Positions 49,792-61,517 are shown, counted from the first letter of the stretch. The stretch is 64,000 nucleotides of DNA from an uncultured Candidatus Actinomarina sp. (GCA_902627635.1 CACOKA010000001.1:34778-98777); one strand, 5' to 3'. Notes: generated by a model not told the origin, from the letters alone. Translations and numbers: made by a program.

Positions 49792-50106
49792 ATGGCAAAG
49801 CAAGAACAGCAGATAAGGATAAAGTTAAAAGCATATGACAATTATGTTGTAGACGAGTCTGCTCGTAAAATTGCCGAAACAGTGATGAAAACACAAGCAA
49901 AAGTCAAAGGACCAATCCCTTTACCTACTCAAATCCATCGTTATTGTGTTATTCGTTCTCCCCATGTAGATAAAAAATCGAGAGAACATTTTGAAATGAG
50001 AATTCATAAAAGGTTAATTGACATCGTTGAACCAACACCTAAGACCGTTGATTCTCTAATGAGGTTAGATTTACCAGCTGGTGTAGAAGTTGAGATCAAA
50101 TTATGA
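49792..50106 (+). CDS. rpsJ: 30S ribosomal protein S10
   Basis: [22 protein letters not shown]. Confidence 0.98.
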   Translation: MAKQEQQIRIKLKAYDNYVVDESARKIAETVMKTQAKVKGPIPLPTQIHRYCVIRSPHVDKKSREHFEMRIHKRLIDIVEPTPKTVDSLMRLDLPAGVEVEIKL

Positions 50107-50735
50107 AGTCAATTATTGCAAAAAAAGTAGGTATGACCCAGCTATTTGATGAAAATTCAATCTCAATGGGTGTAACTGTGCTTGATGTTTCAGGTTGCAG
50201 AGTGGTGCAAATAAAATCCAATGAGAAAGATGGATACAGTGCTGCACAATTAACTATTGGTTCTGCAAAAAATGTAGCAAAACCTCTTGCAGAACATTAT
50301 AAGAAATACAATGTTGAACCGGGGGAAGGACTTTTCGAAGTACCTTTTGATGAAGAAACCCCACTTGAATCTGGTAAAGAAATAAAAATTAATGATTTTT
50401 TTGAAGTTGGTCAAAAAGTAGACATAACCGGATTTTCAAAAGGAAAAGGTTACTCAGGTGTTATGAAAAGACATAATTTTTCAGGACAAAAAGCAAGCCA
50501 CGGTGTCCATAAAGTTCACAGAGCTGGAGGGTCAATTGGTAATGCCTCTTATCCAGGCCATGTATTTAAAGGTACAAAAATGTCAGGAAGAATGGGTAAT
50601 CAGAAAAGTACTATTCAATCAGTAACCGTAGTTGCCATAAATGAAGAAAAAAATTATTTACTTGTGAACGGATCAGTACCAGGCAACAAAGGAAATATCG
50701 TTCAAATCAGCTCAGCTATAAAGGTTTCATCATGA
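50103..50735 (+). CDS. rplC: 50S ribosomal protein L3
   Basis: [20 protein letters not shown]. Confidence 0.97.
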   Translation: MKSIIAKKVGMTQLFDENSISMGVTVLDVSGCRVVQIKSNEKDGYSAAQLTIGSAKNVAKPLAEHYKKYNVEPGEGLFEVPFDEETPLESGKEIKINDFFEVGQKVDITGFSKGKGYSGVMKRHNFSGQKASHGVHKVHRAGGSIGNASYPGHVFKGTKMSGRMGNQKSTIQSVTVVAINEEKNYLLVNGSVPGNKGNIVQISSAIKVSS

Positions 50736-51352
50736 GTATTAAGTTGAAATCATTTTCTTTAAAAGATAACAAGACCTCAAATAAACAATATGACTTTGAA
50801 CTAAACGAAGAGATGAATACAGGTCTTTTACACCAAGTTACTAAAGCTAATAGAACAAATGCAAGAAATAATACAGCAAGTGTAAAAACAAGATCACAAG
50901 TCTCTGGAACAGGTGCAAAACCTTGGGTACAAAAAGGAACTGGTAGAGCAAGACACGGGTCTTTAAGATCACCTATTTTTGTAGGTGGGGGAATAGCTCA
51001 TGGTCCAGGCGGAAGAGTGTACAAAGACAGAACACCAAAGAAAATGAAAAAGAAATCATTATATATGTCTGTATCAAACAGAGTATTAGAAGAGTCAGTA
51101 TTTGTTGTAGATGGAGCTGGACTTGATACACCTTCAACAAAAGCTGCATCAAATGCAATTAAAGAATTATCAATTTCCAAATCCTTTGTTTTTGTCTACG
51201 GAGAAAATGATGATTCCCTTATAAAGTCATTCAGAAATCTTTCAAATTCAAAGCTAACTTCCGTGACAAAACTTTCAACTTATGATGTTATTTCAAATGA
51301 AGCTGTAGTTTTTAGCGAAAACGCTATAAATACATTTTTGGAGCAAAGATGA
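50732..51352 (+). CDS. rplD: 50S ribosomal protein L4
   Basis: KPWVQKGTGRARHGS. Confidence 0.97.
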   Translation: MSIKLKSFSLKDNKTSNKQYDFELNEEMNTGLLHQVTKANRTNARNNTASVKTRSQVSGTGAKPWVQKGTGRARHGSLRSPIFVGGGIAHGPGGRVYKDRTPKKMKKKSLYMSVSNRVLEESVFVVDGAGLDTPSTKAASNAIKELSISKSFVFVYGENDDSLIKSFRNLSNSKLTSVTKLSTYDVISNEAVVFSENAINTFLEQR

Positions 51353-51636
51353 AGTATTTAGAAGATGTACTTATAGCTCCTCTTATCTCAGAAAAGTCAT
51401 ATGACAGAATTGCTAACTCAAATTCATATACTTTCTTTGTCCACACAAGTGCGACTAAGCCTGAAATCAAAAAAGCTGTGGAAGAAATTTTTGATGTTGA
51501 AGTTCTGTCTGTCAACACAATGTATAAAAAAGGAAAAAAGAAAAGATTTGGTTATGTTATTGGTCAACAAAGTACAAGAAAAGTAGCAATTGTTACTTTA
51601 CAAGACGGACAAACTATTGAGGCATTTGGAGTTTAG
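51349..51636 (+). CDS. rplW: 50S ribosomal protein L23
   Basis: [18 protein letters not shown]. Confidence 0.97.
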   Translation: MKYLEDVLIAPLISEKSYDRIANSNSYTFFVHTSATKPEIKKAVEEIFDVEVLSVNTMYKKGKKKRFGYVIGQQSTRKVAIVTLQDGQTIEAFGV

Positions 51637-51638
51637 GT

Positions 51639-52472
51639 ATGGGATCAAAAAAAATTAGACCAATTACTCCAGGAATGAGAGGACATGTAACAGGTGATTT
51701 TAGTGAAATTACTAAATCAAAACCTGAAAAAAAACTTTTACAATCAAAGAAGTCAACCGGTGGTAGAAATAATAAAGGAAGAATTACATCTCGACATAGA
51801 GGTGGAGGACATAAACAAAAATATAGAGTTGTCGATTTTAAGAGAGTCAAAGACGGTATACCGGCAAAGGTTGCTGGAATAGAATATGACCCAAACAGAA
51901 ATTCCAGAATTGCTTTACTTCATTATGTTGATGGCGAAAAAAGTTACATTATTGCACCTGAAGGAGTTTATGAAGGCAGCATGGTAGAGTCTGGACCTAA
52001 AGCTGAGATAAAAGATGGAAATTGTTTACCATTAAGGAACATTCCTGCAGGTACATTCGTACATGCAGTTGAACTAAGACCTGGCGGTGGAGCTAAAATG
52101 GCAAGGTCTGCTGGATCATCAGTTCAGCTTATGAGTAAAGAATCGGGTCTGGCATTGTTAAGACTTCCATCTGGAGAGATGAGAACAGTCTCAATGGATT
52201 GCAGAGCAACAGTTGGAAGCGTTGGAAACGCAGAAGCTGAATTAACAAAACTTGGAAAAGCTGGAAGAAAAAGATGGAAAGGTGTAAGGCCTCAAACAAG
52301 AGGTGTTGCAATGAATCCAGTTGATCACCCACTCGGAGGTGGGGAAGGAAAGTCATCTGGTGGTAGAACTCCTGTAAGCCCATGGGGTAAGCCGGAAGCA
52401 AAAACAAGAAAAAAGAAAAAATATAGCAATAAATCAATTGTTAGAGGAAGATCTCAAAAAGGTAGAAATTAA
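51639..52472 (+). CDS. rplB: 50S ribosomal protein L2
   Basis: [17 protein letters not shown]. Confidence 0.98.
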   Translation: MGSKKIRPITPGMRGHVTGDFSEITKSKPEKKLLQSKKSTGGRNNKGRITSRHRGGGHKQKYRVVDFKRVKDGIPAKVAGIEYDPNRNSRIALLHYVDGEKSYIIAPEGVYEGSMVESGPKAEIKDGNCLPLRNIPAGTFVHAVELRPGGGAKMARSAGSSVQLMSKESGLALLRLPSGEMRTVSMDCRATVGSVGNAEAELTKLGKAGRKRWKGVRPQTRGVAMNPVDHPLGGGEGKSSGGRTPVSPWGKPEAKTRKKKKYSNKSIVRGRSQKGRN

Positions 52473-52474
52473 TC

Positions 52475-52738
52475 ATGTCAAGAAGTTTAAGAAAAGGACC
52501 ATTTGTAGATAATCATCTCTTAGTGAAGGTTGAAGAAGCACAAAACAGTGGAAACAAAAGTGTAATTAAAACGTGGAGTAGAAGATCTACAATAGTTCCT
52601 GAAATGGTAGGTTTAACAATTGCAGTTCATAATGGTCGACAACATATTCCAGTTTTTGTGACAGAAGCAATGGTTGGTCATAAACTAGGAGAATTTGCTC
52701 CGACAAGAACATTTAAAGGACACCCAGGACAAAGCTAA
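52475..52738 (+). CDS. rpsS: 30S ribosomal protein S19
   Basis: [18 protein letters not shown]. Confidence 0.98.
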   Translation: MSRSLRKGPFVDNHLLVKVEEAQNSGNKSVIKTWSRRSTIVPEMVGLTIAVHNGRQHIPVFVTEAMVGHKLGEFAPTRTFKGHPGQS

Positions 52739-53091
52739 TGGAAAATCAAACAGTAACTGCGAAGAGTAAATATGTAAGGCAATCACCTTACAAATTGAGG
52801 TTAGTATTGAATTTAATAAGAGGACTACCTGTTTCTGAAGCCTTGGATATCCTTAAATTTACAAAACGAAGAGCAGCTGATGAAATATCACAAGTTGTTG
52901 AAAGCGCAATCGCAAATGCTGAGAATAATTTTGGTTTAAGCTCAAGTGATCTTTATATTTCAAAAGCTACTGCAGATGAAGGACCTACTCTAAAAAGATT
53001 TAGACCAAGGGCTAGAGGTAGAGCCGGAAGGATAAATAAAAGAACATCTCACTTGGTAATCGAACTAACCACAGCAGACGGAGAATTGTAA
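52738..53091 (+). CDS. rplV: 50S ribosomal protein L22
   Basis: [17 protein letters not shown]. Confidence 0.98.
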   Translation: MENQTVTAKSKYVRQSPYKLRLVLNLIRGLPVSEALDILKFTKRRAADEISQVVESAIANAENNFGLSSSDLYISKATADEGPTLKRFRPRARGRAGRINKRTSHLVIELTTADGEL

Positions 53092-53981
53092 TGGGACAAA
53101 AAACACATCCTTACGCATTTAGAATTGGAATTGTTAATGACTGGAAGTCACGTTGGTTTAGTGATAAAGAATACACAAAACTGGTTAATCAAGATTATAG
53201 AATTAGAGAGTTTTTGTCTTCACAGTTAATTAAAGGTGCAGTTTCTCGAATTGATATAGAAAGAACAAGGGATAAGGTCCAAGTTGACATTCATACAGCT
53301 AGACCCGGTGTTGTAATTGGTAGAAAAGGTGCAGAAGCAGATAGGTTGAGAAAAGGACTCGAAGAATTGTCCAGCCAACCTGTAAAACTAAATATTATTG
53401 AAGTTAGAGAGCCTGAACTTGATGCCCAATTATTAGCAAGAGCTGTTGCAGACCAATTAGAAAACAGAGTTGCATTTAGAAGAGCTATGAAAAGAGCCGT
53501 AACAGGTGCTCTTAAAGCTGGAGCCGAAGGTGTAAGAGTTGAATGTTCTGGACGACTCGGTGGAGCAGAGATGGGTAGAAGAGAATGGTACCGCGAAGGC
53601 AGAGTACCATTACACACTTTACGTGCTGATATTGATTTTGGAAGAGCTGCAGCTCAAACAACCGTAGGTTCAATTGGAGTAAAAGTTTGGGTTTACAAAG
53701 GTGATGTTGTAGGTTCAAATAAACTAAGACAAGATAAAATTGCAGCTGAAGCTAATTTAGCAAGTGGAGGTCCAGCTACTGGAAGAGTTAAATCTGTTAA
53801 ATCTCGTGTTGAAGCAGCAGTAGGTGAGACTAAAAAATCACGTATTCTTGAAGCTGGTGGTGGTAAAAAAACAAATGAATCATCTTCAAAGATTGTTGAA
53901 GCAGGTGGGGGTAATCGCATTAGACCTAATGAGGCAACAGAACAATTCGAGCAAGAAAAATCAATAATGGAAGAAGAATAA
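53091..53981 (+). CDS. rpsC: 30S ribosomal protein S3 with long C-terminal tail
   Basis: [20 protein letters not shown]. Confidence 0.98.
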   Translation: MGQKTHPYAFRIGIVNDWKSRWFSDKEYTKLVNQDYRIREFLSSQLIKGAVSRIDIERTRDKVQVDIHTARPGVVIGRKGAEADRLRKGLEELSSQPVKLNIIEVREPELDAQLLARAVADQLENRVAFRRAMKRAVTGALKAGAEGVRVECSGRLGGAEMGRREWYREGRVPLHTLRADIDFGRAAAQTTVGSIGVKVWVYKGDVVGSNKLRQDKIAAEANLASGGPATGRVKSVKSRVEAAVGETKKSRILEAGGGKKTNESSSKIVEAGGGNRIRPNEATEQFEQEKSIMEEE

Positions 53982-53983
53982 AT

Positions 53984-54394
53984 ATGTTAATGCCAAAAAA
54001 GACAAAACATAGAAAATCACATAGAGGTAGAAGAAGAGGTCTTTCAAAAGGTGGTAATGAAGTGACATTTGGTGATTATGGACTTCAAGCTGTTGAGACT
54101 TCATATATAACAGCACGTCAAATTGAGGCTGCAAGAATAACAATTACAAGAACAATGAAAAGAGGGGGAAAGGTTTGGATAAACATTTTTCCTCACAAAC
54201 CAATTACAAAAAAACCCGCTGAAGTTCGAATGGGATCAGGAAAAGGTAACGTTGAGTACTATGTCGCAGTTGTAAAACCAGGAAAAATAATTTTTGAAAT
54301 TTCTGGTGTTTCTGAAGAGATTGCAAAAGAAGCAATGAGAAAAGCAGGACATAAATTGCCAATTAAAACAAAATTTGTAAAGAGGAATATATGA
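53984..54394 (+). CDS. rplP: 50S ribosomal protein L16
   Basis: [12 protein letters not shown]. Confidence 0.98.
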   Translation: MLMPKKTKHRKSHRGRRRGLSKGGNEVTFGDYGLQAVETSYITARQIEAARITITRTMKRGGKVWINIFPHKPITKKPAEVRMGSGKGNVEYYVAVVKPGKIIFEISGVSEEIAKEAMRKAGHKLPIKTKFVKRNI

Positions 54395-54606
54395 GCATTA
54401 ATGATTTGAGAGAATTATCCATTATGGAACTTGAAAATAAAATTTTAGATCTTAAAAAAGAATTAATGGACTCAAGATTTGCGTTAGCAACGAGTCAAAT
54501 TGAAGACACTTCGGTATTTAAAAAAATAAAGAAAGAAATTGCACAGGCAAACACAATATTAAATCAAAAAATCAATGACATGAATACGGAAGAGAATAAT
54601 GAGTAG
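54391..54606 (+). CDS. rpmC: 50S ribosomal protein L29
   Basis: Size, helical pattern and position between rplP and rpsQ. Confidence 0.93.
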   Translation: MSINDLRELSIMELENKILDLKKELMDSRFALATSQIEDTSVFKKIKKEIAQANTILNQKINDMNTEENNE

Positions 54607-54862
54607 TGAACCAAGAGCATCTCGAAAAGTAAGAACAGGAGTAGTAGTTTCTGATAAAAGAGAGAAAACAGTTACCGTGTCTATTGAATTACAATTTCAA
54701 CATCCAAAGTATGGAAAAATTGTTAAAAAAACAAGAAAGCTTCATGCCCATGATGACAGTTTTGATGCAAAAGTTGGGGACACTGTAAAAATAACTGAAA
54801 CCAAGCCAATGTCTAAAACAAAAATGTGGAGAGTTACTGAGATTGTTGAGAGAGCAAGATGA
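54599..54862 (+). CDS. rpsQ: 30S ribosomal protein S17
   Basis: [22 protein letters not shown]. Confidence 0.97.
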   Translation: MSSEPRASRKVRTGVVVSDKREKTVTVSIELQFQHPKYGKIVKKTRKLHAHDDSFDAKVGDTVKITETKPMSKTKMWRVTEIVERAR

Positions 54863-55227
54863 TACAAAAAGAATCAAGATTAAAAGTTGCTGACAACTCT
54901 GGCGCAAAAGAAGTGTTATGCATAAAGGTAAAAGGTAGTTCAAAAATTAGATATGCGGGTTTGGGAGATGTTTTTACAGCAACCGTAAAAGATGCTGTTC
55001 CTGGTGGCCAGATAAAAAAAGGTGATATTGTGCAAGCTGTTGTTGTCAGAACTAGGAAAGAAACAAGACGTAAAGATGGTACCTATATTAGGTTTGATGA
55101 AAATGCATGCGTAATTTTAAACGATCAAGATCAACCAAGAGGAACAAGAATCTTTGGACCAGTTGGTAGAGAATTAAGAGAAAAAAAATTTATGAGAATA
55201 GTATCACTTGCACCGGAGGTTTTGTAA
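54859..55227 (+). CDS. rplN: 50S ribosomal protein L14
   Basis: [16 protein letters not shown]. Confidence 0.98.
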   Translation: MIQKESRLKVADNSGAKEVLCIKVKGSSKIRYAGLGDVFTATVKDAVPGGQIKKGDIVQAVVVRTRKETRRKDGTYIRFDENACVILNDQDQPRGTRIFGPVGRELREKKFMRIVSLAPEVL

Positions 55228-55529
55228 TGAAAATACAAAAAGGTGATACCGTAAAAATTATTTCTGGAAAAGATAACGGTAAAGAAGGTAAAGTTTTGCA
55301 AGTATTTCCAAAAAAGAATCAAGTTTTAGTTGAAGGGATAAATATAAATAAAAAACATCAAAAACCTCAAGGCCAAACAATGCAAGGAGGAGTTATTGAT
55401 AAAAGTATGCCAATAGATGCCTCAAATGTTGCACTGGTTGTCAAAAAAAAGAGTGGAAGAGTAACATATAAGTTTGATAAAAATGGAAATAAATTCAGAG
55501 TTTTAGCACAAACTGGAGATGAAGCATGA
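55227..55529 (+). CDS. rplX: 50S ribosomal protein L24
   Basis: KGDTVKIISGKDNGKEG KOW motif. Confidence 0.97.
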   Translation: MKIQKGDTVKIISGKDNGKEGKVLQVFPKKNQVLVEGININKKHQKPQGQTMQGGVIDKSMPIDASNVALVVKKKSGRVTYKFDKNGNKFRVLAQTGDEA

Positions 55530-56071
55530 TTCCGAGGCTTAAAGATCAATATAGAACACAATTAATTGATGAACTAAAGAAACAATTAAATATTGAAAAC
55601 ACCAATGCTGTTCCAAAACTAGAAAAAATTGTTATAAATATCGGTGATGGAAAAGCTGCTACAGATGGTAGAGCACTTGAATCAATGGTTGATGAACTGA
55701 CTGCAATATCAGGCCAGAAACCAGTTATAAAAAGAGCTAAAAAATCAATTGCGGGTTTTAAAATTCGTGAAGGAATGCCAATAGGGGTTTCTGTAACACT
55801 TAGAGGAAATAGAATGTGGGAATTTTATGATAGGTTTGTACAGGTAGTAGTCCCAAGAATTCGAGATTTCAGAGGATTTAGTAAAAAATCATTTGATGGC
55901 AATGGTAATTTTTCTCTTGGACTGAACGAACAACTCGTATTTCCAGAAGTTGAATATGATAAAGTCAGAGATATCAGAGGAATGAATATAACAATTTGTA
56001 CTACTGCAAAAGATAATTCAGGCGGATACGAGTTACTTAACTCGCTTGGCTTTCCGTTTAGGGAGAATTAA
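55526..56071 (+). CDS. rplE: 50S ribosomal protein L5
   Basis: [14 protein letters not shown]. Confidence 0.98.
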   Translation: MIPRLKDQYRTQLIDELKKQLNIENTNAVPKLEKIVINIGDGKAATDGRALESMVDELTAISGQKPVIKRAKKSIAGFKIREGMPIGVSVTLRGNRMWEFYDRFVQVVVPRIRDFRGFSKKSFDGNGNFSLGLNEQLVFPEVEYDKVRDIRGMNITICTTAKDNSGGYELLNSLGFPFREN

Positions 56072-56073
56072 TT

Positions 56074-56379
56074 ATGGCTAAAAAAAGTAAAATAGTTAAA
56101 AATAATAAAAGAGAAGAGACAGCAAATTTTTATTCATTAAAAAGAAAAGAATTATTAGCTGTTATTCGTGACCCTGAATCCACTTATGATGAGAAAAGGG
56201 AAGCTCAAAAAAAGATTGCAAAAATGCCTAGAGATGCATCTGCAACACGTCATCGTAATAGGTGCCAAGTAACAGGACGACCTAGGGGTAATTTAAGAAA
56301 ATTTGGAATGTCACGAAATACTTTTCGAGACTTGGCACTCAAAGGAGAGCTTCCAGGCATAAAGAAAGCTTCGTGGTAA
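56074..56379 (+). CDS. rpsN: 30S ribosomal protein S14, long zinc-independent form (101 aa)
   Basis: [23 protein letters not shown]; only one Cys. Confidence 0.97.
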   Translation: MAKKSKIVKNNKREETANFYSLKRKELLAVIRDPESTYDEKREAQKKIAKMPRDASATRHRNRCQVTGRPRGNLRKFGMSRNTFRDLALKGELPGIKKASW

Positions 56380-56381
56380 AG

Positions 56382-56780
56382 ATGGTAAATGATCCTATTT
56401 CAGATTTTTTAACAAGAGTTAGAAATGCAACACTTGTGTCAAAATCAAATGTTGAGATTCCACACTCAAATTTCAAATTTGAGCTCGCAAAACTTTTTAA
56501 AGATGAAGGTTATATAAGCGACGTAGAAGTAAAAGGAGATGGAGCAAAAAAAGTTTTAAATTTAACTATCAAATTCTCAGAAGAAGGAAAATCTGTAATT
56601 GCTGGTTTAAATAGATTATCTAAACCAGGAAGAAGGGTTTATTCTTCTTTTGATAAACTCCCAAGAAACAACGGAGGTTTGGGTACCGTTGTGGTTTCTA
56701 CTTCAAGAGGTTTATTATCTGATTCAGAAGCAAGAAAAAGAAAGCTTGGGGGAGAACTAATTTGTGAGGTTTGGTCATGA
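56382..56780 (+). CDS. rpsH: 30S ribosomal protein S8
   Basis: DPISDFLTRVRN, SKPGRRVY. Confidence 0.98.
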   Translation: MVNDPISDFLTRVRNATLVSKSNVEIPHSNFKFELAKLFKDEGYISDVEVKGDGAKKVLNLTIKFSEEGKSVIAGLNRLSKPGRRVYSSFDKLPRNNGGLGTVVVSTSRGLLSDSEARKRKLGGELICEVWS

Positions 56781-57331
56781 GTAGGATTGGTAATAAACCA
56801 ATTGAGATACCCGAGAAAGTTGAAATCAATATTGATGGAAACAAAATCAATGTAAAAGGTCAAAAAGGTGAACTGGTTACTGAGGTGCTTGAAGAAAAAA
56901 TAAAGTTTGAAATATCTGATAATGTACTTCAATTCACAAGAGAGTCAGATGAAAAGCAAGTAAAAAGTTTACACGGTTTGTACAGATCATTAGTAGCAAA
57001 TAATATTGTGGGGGTTAGCGAAGGATATTCAAAGACTCTTACACTACAAGGTGTTGGACATAGGGTTTCTTTAAAAGGTAATGATCTAGAGATACTTTGT
57101 GGCTTTTCACATCCAGTTATATTTAAAAAAGTAGAAAATATTACATTTGATGTACCAGATCAAAATACAATAAATGTCTCTGGCATTGATAAAGCTTTGG
57201 TTGGGCAAGTCGCAGCGGATATTAGATCAATTAAACCACCTGAACCTTATAAAGGTAAGGGAATCAGATATCAAGATGAATATGTAAGAAGAAAAGCTGG
57301 TAAAGCAGCAGTAGCAACTGCAGGAGCGTAA
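56777..57331 (+). CDS. rplF: 50S ribosomal protein L6
   Basis: MSRIGNKPI, PEPYKGKGIRY. Confidence 0.98.
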   Translation: MSRIGNKPIEIPEKVEINIDGNKINVKGQKGELVTEVLEEKIKFEISDNVLQFTRESDEKQVKSLHGLYRSLVANNIVGVSEGYSKTLTLQGVGHRVSLKGNDLEILCGFSHPVIFKKVENITFDVPDQNTINVSGIDKALVGQVAADIRSIKPPEPYKGKGIRYQDEYVRRKAGKAAVATAGA

Positions 57332-57332
57332 A

Positions 57333-57680
57333 GTGAAAAGTTTAGATTCAAGATCAAAAAGAAAAATTAGAATCAGAAAGAAAGTGTACGGTGATGCCAG
57401 TAAGCCGCGTCTAGCTGTATATAAAAGCAATAAAAATATATATGTACAAGCAATTGATGATTTAAATCAAACAACTATTGGATCAGCAAGTACATTATCA
57501 AAAGAGCTTAAGAGTGATAATTTAAGTATTGATACTGCAAAAAAAGTTGGAGAATTAATGGGTGACGTTCTTAACAAGAACAACATCAAAGAAGCAGTTT
57601 TTGATCGAGGAGGGTATATTTACCATGGTAGAGTCAAAGCTTTAGCTGATGGTATTAGAGAAAAAGGTATTAAGTTCTAA
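57333..57680 (+). CDS. rplR: 50S ribosomal protein L18
   Basis: [20 protein letters not shown]. Confidence 0.98.
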   Translation: MKSLDSRSKRKIRIRKKVYGDASKPRLAVYKSNKNIYVQAIDDLNQTTIGSASTLSKELKSDNLSIDTAKKVGELMGDVLNKNNIKEAVFDRGGYIYHGRVKALADGIREKGIKF

Positions 57681-58231
57681 TGGCTGAAATAGAATTACAA
57701 GAAAACGTTATTCACATAAATAGAGTAGCAAAAGTAGTTAAAGGTGGTCGAAACTTTGCGTTTACTGCTTTAGTTGCTGTTGGAGATGGAAACGGTAATG
57801 CTGGTATAGGTTACGGAAAAGGTTCAGAAGTTCCGCTTGCAATACAGAAAGCTATTGAAAATGCAAAAAAGAACATTCATCCTATACCTATGGCTGGATC
57901 AACGATAGTACATACTACTACTGGAGAACATGGTTCTTCTAAGGTTTTATTAAAACCAGCTGCTCCTGGTACAGGTGTAATTGCTGGTGGTGCAGTTCGA
58001 CAAGTACTTGAGGCAGCAGGAATTAAAGACATTCTTGCTAAGTCTTTAGGATCACCTACTCATTTGAATGTTGCGAAAGCAACTCTCAATGGATTATTAG
58101 GCCAAAGAACACCAGATGAAGTAGCTAAATTAAGAGGTAAGAATGTTATGGAAATTGCTCCAAAAGGTTTAGTTGATGCATATGAAAATACAAAAGCTGA
58201 AAGAAAGTTAAAAGAAGATGCCAAAGGTTAA
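57680..58231 (+). CDS. rpsE: 30S ribosomal protein S5
   Basis: [19 protein letters not shown]. Confidence 0.98.
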   Translation: MAEIELQENVIHINRVAKVVKGGRNFAFTALVAVGDGNGNAGIGYGKGSEVPLAIQKAIENAKKNIHPIPMAGSTIVHTTTGEHGSSKVLLKPAAPGTGVIAGGAVRQVLEAAGIKDILAKSLGSPTHLNVAKATLNGLLGQRTPDEVAKLRGKNVMEIAPKGLVDAYENTKAERKLKEDAKG

Positions 58232-58400
58232 AATTACTCTTAAAAGATCACTTATTGGACAAGGTTTTAAAGCAAAAGAAACTATAAAATCTCTTGGATT
58301 AAAAAAAATTAATTCTTCAGTTGAGAGAGATGTTGATGAAAGTCTTACCGGGATGCTGAATAAAGTTGCACACCTTGTAGAAACAGAGGAAATTCAATGA
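58218..58400 (+). CDS. rpmD: 50S ribosomal protein L30
   Basis: [16 protein letters not shown]; operon position. Confidence 0.95.
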   Translation: MPKVKITLKRSLIGQGFKAKETIKSLGLKKINSSVERDVDESLTGMLNKVAHLVETEEIQ

Positions 58401-58846
58401 GTAAAATTAAATTTCATCATTTAAAGCCAACACCAGGTTCAACTAAATCAAAAATTCGGAAAGGAAGAGGAGAAGCTGGAAAAAGAGGAAAAACTGCTGG
58501 AAGAGGAACAAAAGGAACAGGAGCTAGAAAAACAGTACCTGCATACTTTGAAGGCGGACAAATTCCACTCTATAGAAGAATCCCAAAACTTAAGGGACTA
58601 AAAAATACTCCTAAAATGTCGTATGTGGTTGTAAACGTTTCTGATTTACAAGATAAAAACCTTAAAGGTGATATTGATCCAGAAATACTTCAGAAAAATG
58701 GATTAACAAGAAAAAAGGGATTTGTAAAAATTCTTGGCAACGGTGAAATTACAAATAGTGTCAACGTAAAAGCACACGCTGTAAGTGAATCTGCTAAGAA
58801 GAAAATTGAAGATGCTGGTGGTACTGTAGAAGTTATAGAGATTTAA
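58397..58846 (+). CDS. rplO: 50S ribosomal protein L15
   Basis: FEGGQIPLYRRIPK. Confidence 0.98.
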   Translation: MSKIKFHHLKPTPGSTKSKIRKGRGEAGKRGKTAGRGTKGTGARKTVPAYFEGGQIPLYRRIPKLKGLKNTPKMSYVVVNVSDLQDKNLKGDIDPEILQKNGLTRKKGFVKILGNGEITNSVNVKAHAVSESAKKKIEDAGGTVEVIEI

Positions 58847-58847
58847 T

Positions 58848-60161
58848 ATGAAGCTTTCGATTTTCAAATACATGTTTAAAATTCCTGATCTAAGAAAAAG
58901 AATTATTTTCACTTTGTTAATGTTCGGAGTTTATCGATTAGGAGCAGCAGTTCCTGTACCAGGGGTTGATTTAGAAGCTGTTCAAAGACTGACCGACTCA
59001 GGTTCTCAAGCAGGTATTTATGGATTACTAAATTTGTTTTCTGGGGGAGCATTAGAGACATTTTCAGTTTTTGCACTAGGTATTATGCCTTACATCACTT
59101 CAAGTATTATTTTGCAATTATTAACAGTTGTAATTCCAAGGTTGCAAAAGCTTCAGGAAGAGGGAGAATCAGGAAGAAAAGTAATCACACAATGGACTAG
59201 ATATATCACAGTTGTTCTTGCATTGTTACAATCTACAGGTTTAACTTATATATTTTCTCGTGGAAGTTTAACTGGAGGTATATCTTTAATACCAAACTAC
59301 ACGCCGTCCAGGGTCGGATTAATTGTTCTAACAATGACTGCTGGAACAGCATTCATCATGTGGTTGGGAGAATTAATCTCTCAAAGAGGCATAGGAAATG
59401 GAATGTCTTTAATTATTTTTGCAAGTATCATAAGCCAATTACCAGCTAGCTTTGGTGGTGCATATCAAGTGACTGCTGGACAAGGTAGGATAGGTCAATT
59501 TAGCTTTTTAGTACTAATGTTTTTTCTCATGATTGTTGGAATAATTTATGTAGAGCAGGGCCAAAGAAGAATTCCAATTCAATTTGCTAAAAGAGTAAGG
59601 GGTAGAAAAGTTATGGGAGGTCAAAGTACATACATACCCTTAAAGGTCAACAGTGCTGGTGTCATTCCTGTTATTTTTGCAACTAGTGTACTTTTCTTTC
59701 CAGCACTTATTGCAACTTCCCTTCCCCAAGATAACTCAATTACTGCAGGAATTAGAAACTGGATTGATGTCAACCTAGCTAATTCACAAGGTACTAGCTG
59801 GTTTTATATTTTCTTTTTAGGAATGTTGATAATATTCTTTACATATTTTTATACCACTATTCAATTTGATCCAGTTAGACAATCAGACATGATAAGAAGA
59901 CAGGGAGGTTTTGTTCCTGGTGTTCGTCCAGGTATATCAACAACAAATTATTTATCACACATAATTAGCAGAATTACTCTTCCTGGATCAGTTTTCCTTG
60001 CATCTGTGGCTGTTTTACCATCAATTGCGTCAGCGATTTGGGATATTCCTTTGGGCTTCAGTGGTATATCAATACTCATTACCGTAGGTGTAGCACTAGA
60101 AACAATGAAACAAATAGAGAGTCAATTAAGTATGAGAAATTACGAAGGATTTATTGATTGA
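58848..60161 (+). CDS. secY: Preprotein translocase SecY
   Basis: FALGIMPYITSSII, GIGNGMSLIIF. Confidence 0.98.
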   Translation: MKLSIFKYMFKIPDLRKRIIFTLLMFGVYRLGAAVPVPGVDLEAVQRLTDSGSQAGIYGLLNLFSGGALETFSVFALGIMPYITSSIILQLLTVVIPRLQKLQEEGESGRKVITQWTRYITVVLALLQSTGLTYIFSRGSLTGGISLIPNYTPSRVGLIVLTMTAGTAFIMWLGELISQRGIGNGMSLIIFASIISQLPASFGGAYQVTAGQGRIGQFSFLVLMFFLMIVGIIYVEQGQRRIPIQFAKRVRGRKVMGGQSTYIPLKVNSAGVIPVIFATSVLFFPALIATSLPQDNSITAGIRNWIDVNLANSQGTSWFYIFFLGMLIIFFTYFYTTIQFDPVRQSDMIRRQGGFVPGVRPGISTTNYLSHIISRITLPGSVFLASVAVLPSIASAIWDIPLGFSGISILITVGVALETMKQIESQLSMRNYEGFID

Positions 60162-60703
60162 CAAATATCACTATTTTTCTTGGACCACCAGGTGCAGGAA
60201 AAGGAACTCAGGCTGAAAAATTATCTGAAACTTTTAAGCTTCCCCATATATCTACTGGGGTAATGTTAAGAGATCATGTTGAAAATGAAACGAAACTAGG
60301 TCTCATAGCTAAAGACATTTTAAACAAAGGAAATCTTGTATCTGATGATTTAGTCACGGCAATGTTGATTGAAAGGATAGGAAAACCTGATTGTGATAAC
60401 GGAGCTATATTAGATGGATTTCCCAGGACAATCGCTCAGGCAGAAAGTCTTGAGATTGATGACTTAAAAATTAAAAACGTAATTTTATTTGAGGTTAATG
60501 AAGAAGAATTAGTTAAGCGTATGTTGGATCGTGGAAGAGAAGATGATACCGAAGAATCCATAAAAGTACGATTTGAAGTTTATAAAAAAGAGACTGCTCC
60601 ATTGGTTGACTACTACAGCAACAAGGGAGTTCTAAATTCTGTAAATGCATTTGGTGAGATTGATGACATATTCAATGAAATTTCAAAGTTTATGAAATTA
60701 TGA
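60158..60703 (+). CDS. adk: Adenylate kinase (short LID)
   Basis: GPPGAGKGTQ, LDGFPRT, RGREDD. Confidence 0.97.
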   Translation: MTNITIFLGPPGAGKGTQAEKLSETFKLPHISTGVMLRDHVENETKLGLIAKDILNKGNLVSDDLVTAMLIERIGKPDCDNGAILDGFPRTIAQAESLEIDDLKIKNVILFEVNEEELVKRMLDRGREDDTEESIKVRFEVYKKETAPLVDYYSNKGVLNSVNAFGEIDDIFNEISKFMKL

Positions 60704-61446
60704 TTACTTACAAATCAAATGAAGATTTTATGAATATGAAAAAAGCGGGAAAAATAGTTGCCACCATTCATGCAGAATTACAAAATATTTCTTTACCCGG
60801 AACAAAAATAGAAACATTAGACAAAAAGGCAGAAGAGATAATTAAAAAATCAAATGCAGTCTCAAATTTTCTAAATTACAGAGGATTTCCATCATACATT
60901 TGTGCATCACCCAATGATGTTATTGTTCATGGAATTCCAAAAAATTTTGTTATAGAAGAGGGTGATATATTATCAATTGATGTTGGTTGTACTGTAAATG
61001 GGTTTCATGCAGACGCAGCTCTTACTTATGGAATAGGACAAATTTCTAGTGAAGATCAGAAGTTAATCGATGTTACAAAAAAAGCCCTTTACGAGGCAAT
61101 AAAACTTGTAAAGGATGGTCAAAAGCTAGGGACTATTGGTAACAAAATTGAAAAAATTGGTAAGAAAAATTCTTATGGAGTTGTCAGAGAATATGTTGGT
61201 CATGGGATTGGACTAGAAATGCATGAAGATCCACAAGTACCAAATTACGGTATCAAAAATAAAGGATTTAAGCTAAAAAAAGGTATGGCAATCTGCATTG
61301 AACCAATGTTCAATTTAGGTACCGCAGATACAAAAGTTGATGCAGATGGATGGACTGTAAGGACTGCTGATGGAAAAAAATCTGCTCACTGGGAACACGT
61401 AATAGGAATAATGGAGGATGAAGTATGTATTTTTTCAGAATTGTAA
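60700..61446 (+). CDS. map: Methionine aminopeptidase type I
   Basis: VHGIP, GHGIG..MHEDP, IEPM, SAHWEH. Confidence 0.97.
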   Translation: MITYKSNEDFMNMKKAGKIVATIHAELQNISLPGTKIETLDKKAEEIIKKSNAVSNFLNYRGFPSYICASPNDVIVHGIPKNFVIEEGDILSIDVGCTVNGFHADAALTYGIGQISSEDQKLIDVTKKALYEAIKLVKDGQKLGTIGNKIEKIGKKNSYGVVREYVGHGIGLEMHEDPQVPNYGIKNKGFKLKKGMAICIEPMFNLGTADTKVDADGWTVRTADGKKSAHWEHVIGIMEDEVCIFSEL

Positions 61447-61517
61447 TTTCTCAAAATTTGTTGGTAATAGTTCATAATTAGACTAATCTAGTTAATCGGT
61501 CTTAAAATCAGGTAATT

